64,000 nucleotides of DNA. It comes from Eledone cirrhosa (Eukaryota). The DNA lies in contig OZ024741.1 of NCBI GenBank assembly GCA_964016885.1, positions 11,222,001 through 11,286,000 on the forward strand, read 5' to 3'. Below the pieces are notes generated by a model, which did no database searches, was not told where the DNA came from, and saw only the letters and a program-made list of their open reading frames with translations. The number at the start of each line of letters is the position of its first letter. The stretch's first letter is position 1. The position numbers were made by a program, and so were the translations under genes. Positions 54,871 to 64,000 of this stretch are shown here, one piece after another.

Positions 54871-57800
54871 CATCATCATCATCATCAACGTTTAACGTCC
54901 GTGTTCCACGCTTGCATGGGTTTGGACGGGGGTAGTCCCACTTGAGGCAAGAGTGATTGTCTTGCTCGCATAGGACTGTCTGGCAGGTTTTCTACAGTTG
55001 GATGCCCTTCCTAACACCAACCACATTTACAGTGTGGGTCTGGGAGGTTTTTACCGTGTTGCCTACACGGCCACATTACAGCGTGGACTGTGTGTTTTTT
55101 TGTCGTGACACCTACACGATCTCATTTGTTTCGGCCCGGATGGCGCGGCACCAACATAACTTTACATAGGACGGGGTGGTGTGGATGGGGTGGGGGTGGT
55201 GGGACGGGGTGTATTTTGTTAGAGATGCCTACTGGCAAGGCGGGTCTTCTCTGTTACTGAGTACCGCCAAAGGTCTCGGTCCAGTGACATTGTCTTGGAG
55301 AGGTGTAAGTGTGTGAGGTCGGAGTTTATCAGCTCGTCCCAGGTTTTTCTAGGTCTGCCTATTCCGTGGCTACCGTCTATCTTTATTGCCCTGCACTTTG
55401 TTATACAGCTATCGACTTTCATGCGCATCACGTGTCCATACCAACGTAGCCTTCTCTCGAGTAAACAACATCTGATCCCTCTTATCTCTAATTTTTTCCT
55501 TAGTTCGTTTATGCTTTGCCGTTCACGTATATTACTGTTACACATCCAGCGGAGCATGCAAGCTTCGTTCCTCTCTAGTCTGCGTATATCCTCTGCACAC
55601 AATGCCCAGGTCTCACTGCCATGCAGCATTGCTGTTCGTATGCAGGCATCGTATAACCTGCCTTTCATTTTTAGGGAGAACCCTTTAGCAGCTAATAGTG
55701 GTATAAGCTCTCTGAACTTTTTCCAACCAGTTCTGACTCTAGCTACAGTACTTTCAGAGCACCCTCCCCCACTGCTGATTTTATCGCCCAGGTAACGGAA
55801 GCTGTCCACTATTTCTATAGAACCCTCTGCGCAATTGAAAGAGCTAGTATTGTGTGGGCACTTGCTGCTACTTATTGCACCAGAACACCGGCCACATGTA
55901 AAATCTATGTTCTTAGTTAGCTTACCTGTGATCCCACTACATCTTTTATGCACCCATACTTTGCATTTAGGACACAAAATGGAGTTTCTACCTACGCCTT
56001 TCCTACACACCGAGCACGACCATTTCCCAGAAGGGACCGCCGCCTTGTTTTCTTTCCTACAAACTAGAACTTTGGTCTTAGCCAGGTTAATTTTAAGTCC
56101 TTTTGACTCTAGGCCGTGCTTCCATGTTTGGAATTTCTTCTCTAGCTCGGCCATTGATTCCGCTATGAGTGTCAGGTCGTCTGCGTATAGGAGTTCCCAT
56201 GGGCAGCCTGTCTTGAACTCCTCTGTTATAGCCTGAAGGGCAATAATAAATAGTAGGGGGCTGAGAACAGAGCCCTGATGGACGCCAACTTTTACGCTAA
56301 ACTCTTCACTATATTCGTTGTTAATTCTAACCTTGCTGACTGTTTCTTTATACGTGGCTTGTATAGCCCTCACAAGCCATTCGTCAACGCCTAGTTTTCT
56401 AAGAGCCCACCAGATAATGGAGCGGGGGACTCTGTCGAAGGCTTTCTCCAAGTCGACAAAAGCTAAGTAGAGGGGTTTACCTTTAGCTAGGTACTTCTCC
56501 TGTAGTTGTCGTACTATGAAAAGAGCGTCTGTGGTACTTTTGCCTGACACAAACCCGAACTGCATTTCATCTAGGTCAATTCTCTCTCTGATTAGTTGCG
56601 CTATTACTTTTTCTGTGACCTTCATGACCTGGTCGATTAATTTAATGCCTCTATAGTTACTCCTATCTAGGGCGTCTCCTTTACCCTTATAACAGTTAAC
56701 GATGATGCTGCTATGCCAGTCCTTCGGAACAACCCCATTCTGTACGACTTGGTTAACTATGCGGGTGACCATGGTGTGTCCCACCGTGCCAGATGCCTTC
56801 AGCATCTCAGCAACTATTTCCGAAGGCCCAGCCGCCTTACCTGTCTTCATATCCTTGATTGCCTTACTTATTATACTCCCCTCGACTAACACTGCTGGTC
56901 CCTCTATTGGGTCGACATGGGGGAGACTGTCTTTCTCCCATTTATTCTCCTCATTTAGTAGCCTTTCATAGTGACACTTCCAAGCTGCCTTCTTATCAGT
57001 GTCGGTGATGGCAAGTATGCCATCATCGTTAAGTACACACTTCTCCCCGACAATATCACGGTTTTCCTTGACGCATTGCCTAGCAATCCTGAACACCTCA
57101 CGTTTTTGGTCATCGCGTTGTAGGACATGCTTGAACTTTCTTTCCTCAGCTTCCCTTCTTGCTAAGTACACTTCTCTCCTAGCTTCCCTCCTGGCCACTT
57201 GATAGTCTACTCTACTTCCCCCATCCCGCCATACTTTCCAAGCCTGCTTTTTGGCCTTAATTGACTCCTCCACCTTACTGTTCCACCACCATGTTACTCT
57301 CCTCCTGCCTACAGGCCTGCTCCAGCCACAGACTTCGTCTGTGGCCAACAGCAGGTTTGCTTTCAGAAATTCCCACTGTCCCTCTATATTGTCCGACTCT
57401 AAGTGTTCTTCCTTACTGTCGAAAGCATCAAGTAATATGTTTTGAAATTTATTTTTGGCTGTGGGGTCCTTTAGCTTCCATATTTTTCTCCTGAGGATAG
57501 TCCTCTTCTGCTGTCGAGTACGTCTCGACCTGACTATGAGGTCGCTAATTATCAGTCTATGTTGGGAGGTGCATTCTTCATGGGGGAGGGATTTAGTGTT
57601 TACAACAGACACTCTGTCACGTCTTCTGGTAAGGATATAATCTACCTGGCTTGTGTGTTCCCCGGATCTATAGGTGATCAGGTGATTGTCACGTTTTTTG
57701 AAGTTAGTGTTACAGATAGTTAGGTTATTTGCATCACAGAATTCCAGGATTCTGGAGCCTTCCTCATTTCTAGTACCAAACCCATAGCCTCCATGGATTT

Positions 57801-58196
57801 CGTCGTAGCCGTCACAATGTTGCCCAACGTGACCATTTAGGTCGCCTGCAATAATTATATAGTCACTGTCAGATATTTGGGAGGTAGTGAGCATCAGTGT
57901 CTCATAGAATCTGTCTTTTATAGTGCCGGGCAGTCCGGATTGGGGTGCATACGCAGATATTACTGTCACCGTAGTTCTATTGAGGACAAGTCGTATTTTA
58001 ATTATTCTGTCGTTCACTCTATTTACGTCTATTATCTTATCCGCCCACTTTTCTGCTACCATGATTCCTACTCCACCCAGCCCATCGTCGTTTCCCACCC
58101 AGAAAAGCTTATAACATCGTTTTTTACCCTCAATGAATCTAGCAGACCCACCCCTCCACCTGGTCTCTTGAATACAACAAACATCGACCTCCTTAC

Positions 58197-58198
<2 letters not shown>
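54870..58198 (-). mobile_element. RTE family A, young copy; ORF uninterrupted from inside APE to the stop (55219)
   Basis: ORF 55219-58239, whose first residues derive from (TA)n. It lacks the N-terminal APE segment (GTINV). Confidence 0.96.
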
Positions 58199-58232
<34 letters not shown>

Positions 58233-59384
58233 TATCCATCGTGAGGGCCTGGAACCACGTTGACTAATCTGAGAGGGTGCCGTCGGAGATGTATGTCAAC
58301 AAACTCGAGAACTGCCTAGGGAAACAGTAACAAAACACCCAATATGGCGGCCGCTCCCTGCCTATAGCAACTCACCCCCACCCCCACCCCCAGTAAACCC
58401 CCGCCCAAATAGATGCCCCCCATTCTTTTGAGCTGGTTCTTTATTATCAGTGATTAGTTCTTTACTAATAGGAATTTTTTTTTTTTTTTTTTTTTTTTTT
58501 GTATTTCACCACGGTCGACATAATGGGCTTGGAGAGTTGACTCCCTTGAAGTCTGACCACTCGATAAGTTAGGGGTTGTGCCCCTTGATCAGGGGTGTGT
58601 ATGGCTGGTCTACCTGCTGTCTGCTACTACCCGAGACTGGACACGGTCGTAGCCACAGGACAGCGCGTGCGCGATGGCATAGAATGTTTATTTTCTGCTG
58701 GTCACCCCGTGTAATATGATACCCTAAGATTCCATGCATGAGATTCACCGAAGCATGCGCAGTCTTAACCGGGAGATGACATGCGAACTTGAAAATACCA
58801 CAAGCGAGACCCTCTGGATAACGTAGACGCAGGACCATACCCGCAAATACATACCCTGATCTGTCTTGAATATACAGGGCTGACGGAATATGGATAACAC
58901 GACCACCATCTAAGCTGGGACCGACCCATACAGCAAACAAAGAGAGGACAGCCCTTCGCTTTTGACCAGTCGCGTGTGGACTTGGAGTTCATAATATACC
59001 ACCCCAGTCAAATCCACACTGGTTCTTTAACGATATAGCATGTGGACCAATACATCATGCGTGGCGAAACCTTGGACTTAGAACCAGCAGGCTCGTCTAT
59101 CGCGAAAGCGTTCAACCCCTGAAACTAAAGGATCGAACGGACCACATCCAGCAACCACTGGCTATTAGATCCACAGGTACATCTCCCAGAGAGTCCACGC
59201 AGATAATAGTGAACCCCAGGTGATCTATGAACGTTTAAACAAGACCAGCTGCGCCTGGAGCTATGCAGATGACTGCTTACGCCTAGTGGATATCGTGCCT
59301 GGAGCTGTGCAGGGGACTGCATAGGCAGAATGGATATCGCGCCCACACGGTCACCAGTAATGTTCATCCTGTTATATTTTTGCA

Positions 59385-59505
59385 ATAATTTTATGATAAT
59401 TTTGTAATAATTTTGCGATAATTTTATGATAATTTGATGGTTTTGTAATGATTTTGTGGTAATTTTGTGATGATTTGATAATTTTGTAATGATTTTGTAA
59501 TAATT
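59385..59505. repeat. ~11-bp minisatellite (TAATTTTGTGA-like)
   Basis: Direct reading. Confidence 0.85.
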
Positions 59506-60227
59506 TCTAAGCCTGTATCAATAATTTTAGAAGGTTTTTTTGTGATAATACAGGGTTAGATCACTGAAGCTACCTTGTACCTTCTTAAGGATACATTTTA
59601 TGATTATTGTCTTTTTGCTTATGTATTTCCTTAGTTACCACTTTCTTTAATCTTGCCCAACTTGATAAACTCCTTGAATTGCTCCCTAATTAAATTGCTT
59701 AAATTGCTTAGATTATTGTACCTATTATGCCTAGGTTGTATCTGTTGAAGCAGCCCTTTGAAAATTCCTCGGATATCCCAAATACCGTAATTTTTAATTT
59801 TTAACTTTTAATGTATAATTTTCCTCAATTCATTTTTATATTTATCCTCAAAGGCTCTCTAAAATTTTAATTCTTCGAAGGGTCTCTCGGAAGAAGCTCC
59901 TATTGGAAATAGTAAAGGGGCCTTTTCTGAGAGATTTATGGAAGGCTCTCTGAATTAACCTCTAATTGATTAGTTTCTTTCAACCTAGTTTTCAATTCAG
60001 TTTTCTGAACTTTGTAAACGTGATCTCAGGGGAAGAAGGTTTCTTTCTTTGGGAAAAAAATTTTTTCTCTAGAAGAAATTTCATAAGAACTCTATATATT
60101 TTTTAGGGAAACTTTATATTTTTATTTTCTTATTTTATTAGCCTCTTAATTTTCTTCTAGACTAATAGGTGTATTGGAGCCTGTAAGCTTTATGCACTCA
60201 TTGAGGGATTTTCTGAGGTGCTTCTAC

Positions 60228-60628
60228 GGGACCCCAAGTCTCTTGGTTTAATGTTGATGCGTGAATTATATATTTTTGTCTAATTTTTAAACTTCAATCC
60301 CTGACCCCGACAACTAATATAAAAGAGCCCCCCTTAAAGCGGAGTTGCTGATGTATACAACAATTTCAAACTGCTAGCCTTGAGTGATACGTTGATGTAA
60401 ACAATGATCTTGCAATCACATGTTATATGCCTTGATAAGTCCCACCATGGGGTCGGACGAAACGGCTGTCGGCAATAAACTTGTTATAATGTCATAATAG
60501 TTCCTTTGTTCTTTTTCACTAATATTTCTGCTCTGCGTATACGCATAGAGCTTAACTAGCTACCATCAGATATTTGGTAGGTCAGACGTGATCATCGCGA
60601 TTCACATACGACCTACCATACATCTTAC
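60228..60628 (+). mobile_element. Probable PLE pLTR with hammerhead; 59510-60225 may be a decayed inverted PLE ORF
   Basis: GGGACCCCAAGTCTCTTGGTTTAATGTTGATGCGTGA resembles a frameshifted GT..P.GLN* GIY-YIG end, and a hammerhead follows ~170 bp later. Confidence 0.55.
60423..60478 (+). ncRNA. Type I hammerhead ribozyme with a U3-A8 variant core
   Basis: UGCC-UUGAUAA-GUCC(CACCAUGGGGUC)GGAC-GAAAC(GGCU)GUC-GGCA. Confidence 0.8.
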
Positions 60629-61316
60629 TTATATATATATATATAGTATATATATATATAGTATATATAGTATAGATATATATAGTATATATAGTATATA
60701 TATATATAGTATATATAGTATATATATATATAGTATATATATATATAGTATATATATATATAGTATATATATATATAGTATATATATATATAGTATATAT
60801 ATATATAGTATATATATATAGTATATATATATATATATAGTATATATATATAGTATATATATATATATATATAGTATATATATATATATATAGTATATAT
60901 ATATATATATAGTATATATATATATATATAGTATATATATATATATATAGTATATATATATATATATATAGTATATATATATATATATATAGTATATATA
61001 TATATATATAGTATATATATATATATATAGTATATATATATATATATAGTATATATATATATATATATAGTATATATATATATATATATAGTATATATAT
61101 ATATATATATAGTATATATATATATATATATAGTATATATATATATAGTATATATATATATATATAGTATATATATATATATATAGTATATTTATATATA
61201 TATAGTATATATATATATATATAGTATATTTATATATATATAGTATATTTATATATATAGAGTATATTTATATATATAGAGTATATATATATATATAGTA
61301 TATATATATATATATA

Positions 61317-61370
<54 letters not shown>

Positions 61371-61760
61371 TATATATATATATATATATAGTATATATAT
61401 ATATATATAGTATATATATATATATATATAGTATATATATATATATATATATAGTATATATATATATAGTATATAGTATATATATATATATATATATAGT
61501 ATATATATATATATATATATAGTATATATATATATATAGTATATATATAGTATATATATATATAGTATATATATATATATATAGTATATATATATATATG
61601 TATATAGTATATATATATATATATAGTATATATATATATGTATATAGTATATATATATATATATAGTATATATATATATATATAGTATATATATATATAT
61701 ATAGTATATATATATATATAGTATATATATATATATATATAGTATATATATATATATATA

Positions 61761-61804
<44 letters not shown>

Positions 61805-61995
61805 TATATATATATATATATAGTATATATATATATATATATAGTATATATATATATATATATAGTATATATATATATATATAGTATATATATATATATA
61901 TAGTATATATATATATATATAGTATATATATATATATAGTATATATATATATATAGTATATATATATATATATATAGTATATATATATATATATA

Positions 61996-62039
<44 letters not shown>

Positions 62040-62540
62040 TATATATATATATATATAGTATATATATATATATATATAGTATATATATATATATATATAG
62101 TATATATATATATAGTATATAGTATATATATATATAGTATATATATATATATATAGTATATATATATATATATATAGTATATATAAATATAGTATATATA
62201 TATATATATATATAGTATATATATATATGTATATAGTATATATATATATATATAGTATATATATATATATAGTATATATATATATATATATAGTATATAT
62301 ATATATATATATATATATAGTATATATATATATATATATAGTATATATATATATATATATATAGTATATATATATATAGTATATAGTATATATAGTATAT
62401 ATATATATAGTATATATATATATATATATAGTATATAGTATATATATATATATATATAGTATATATATATATATATATAGTATATAGTATATATATATAT
62501 ATATATAGTATATAGTATATATATATATATATATATAGTA
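60629..62540. repeat. ~1.9-kb (TA)n / TAGTA-variant tract
   Basis: Direct reading. Confidence 0.97.
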
Positions 62541-64000
62541 TCATCATCATCATCATCATCACCGTTTTACGTCCGTTCTTCCACGCTAGCATGGGTTAGA
62601 CGAGTTGTCCTGTTGTGGGCAGTGTCTGGTCGGCTGACCATGCCTTGCTCATACAGGAACTGATCTGGCTTGATTTCTACAGCTGGATGCCCTTCCTAAC
62701 ACCAACCTCATTTACAGTGAGTGCTGGGTGCTTTTTCGTGGCGCCTACACGTCCACTTTACAGTGTGGGCTGGGTGCTTGTTTGCCGTGGCACCTCTACG
62801 ACCACCTTGCGGTGGGGGGAGTGGGGGCATATTGTTTATATGCTTCAGCATGTACCCATGGGAGGTCGGGTACCCTGTATTACTGCGTGACGCCAGAAGT
62901 CACGGTCGTGTGTCATTGTCTTTGAGAGGTGTAGTTGGGTAAGGTCAGCTTTTATCACCTCATCCCAAGTCATCTTGGGTCTCCCCACTCCGCGGTTTCC
63001 ATCAACTTCTAGTGCTCTGCACCTTTTTATGCAGCTGTCATCCTTCATACGCATCACATGTCCATACCAGCGTAACCGCCTCTCCTGCACGCAGCATTTG
63101 ATTCCTCTTATGCTCAGTCTCTCTCTCAATTCCTTTATGCTTTGTCGTTCACGTATATTACTGTTACACATCCATCGGAGCATGCAGGCTTCGTTTCTCT
63201 CTAATCTACGTAAGTCTTCCACCTTCAGCACCCAGGTCTCACTACCATGCAACATCGCTGTTCGGATACACGCATCATACAGTCTGCCTTTCATTCTGAG
63301 GGAGAAGCCTTTTGCAGCTAGCAGTGGTAGTAGTTCCCTAAACTTCTTCCATCCCGTTCTTACCCTAGTTATTGTACTTTCTGAGCACCCACCTCCGTTG
63401 CTAATTCGGTCACCTAGGTAGCAGAAGCTGTCTACTGTTTCTACAGGGCCCTCCCAGAGATTGGTGGTACTTGTTTCCTGTGGCTGTTTGCTTGCTGTTT
63501 CAGCACAGCTGCTGCATGTGAATCCTACATTCTTAATTAAGCTTCCTGAGATCCCGCTACATCTCTTGTGTACCCATTGTTTGCATTTGGGGCAGAGAAT
63601 GGAGTTCCTACCTACACCTTTCCTACATACTGAGCAAGGCCATTTCCCTGAGGGGATCTGGGTTCTGTTTTCTCGTCTACTTACAAGGACCTTAGTCTTT
63701 GTCATGTTGACTTTGAGGCCCTTTCTCTCTAGTCCCTGCTTCCAGGTTTGGAATTTATTCTCTAGTTCTACCAAAGATTCAGCTATGAGTGCGAGGTCAT
63801 CAGCATACAGGAGTTCCCATGGGCATCCGGTCTTAAACTCCTCCGTTATTGCCTGCAGGACTATGATGAACAGGAGAGGGCTAAGAACAGAGCCCTGGTG
63901 GACCCCAACCTGAACGCTAAATTCCTCGCTATACTCATTGCTAATCCTAACTTTGCTGACTGCTCCCCTATACATGGCTTGTACCGCTTTCACAAGCCAT
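62541..64000 (-). mobile_element. RTE family B, young copy running off the right edge (ORF 62845->64000)
   Basis: QGSVLSP, YADD, PHD finger, thumb, B-type 3' UTR and (GAT)n tail. Confidence 0.95.

Noticed and set aside
59262-59273. YADD codons suggesting another RT
   Set aside because: They lie in a short ~44-bp tandem repeat with no other RT motifs in frame.

Overview
Eukaryotic, gene-free repeat DNA. The SINE types suggest a cephalopod (Octopus-like), which is an inference. Bases 1-13.2 kb are a 43-bp satellite (~305 copies) with higher-order structure. The rest is a dense pile-up of retroelements inserted almost only into long (TA)n tracts: two related RTE-clade LINE families (A and B, single APE+RT ORF, (GAT)n tails), a third RTE 3' stub, a CR1/L2-group LINE, tRNA-derived SINEs, and Penelope-like element (PLE) remnants. 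Four observations stand out. (1) The RTE 3' UTR reads as a chain of 4-5 back-to-back H-type RNA pseudoknots plus a terminal hairpin, with compensatory changes between families and module-wise loss or duplication in the partner SINE and a subfamily. (2) A C4HC3 PHD-type zinc finger sits inside the RT domain, and two copies share an in-frame deletion that removes it. (3) There are several type I hammerhead ribozyme motifs, one with a compensatory U3-A8 core. (4) Template-switch chimeras and a recurring head-to-head B(-)/A(+) arrangement occur. No host genes were seen; the many IY-rich ORFs are microsatellite artefacts.
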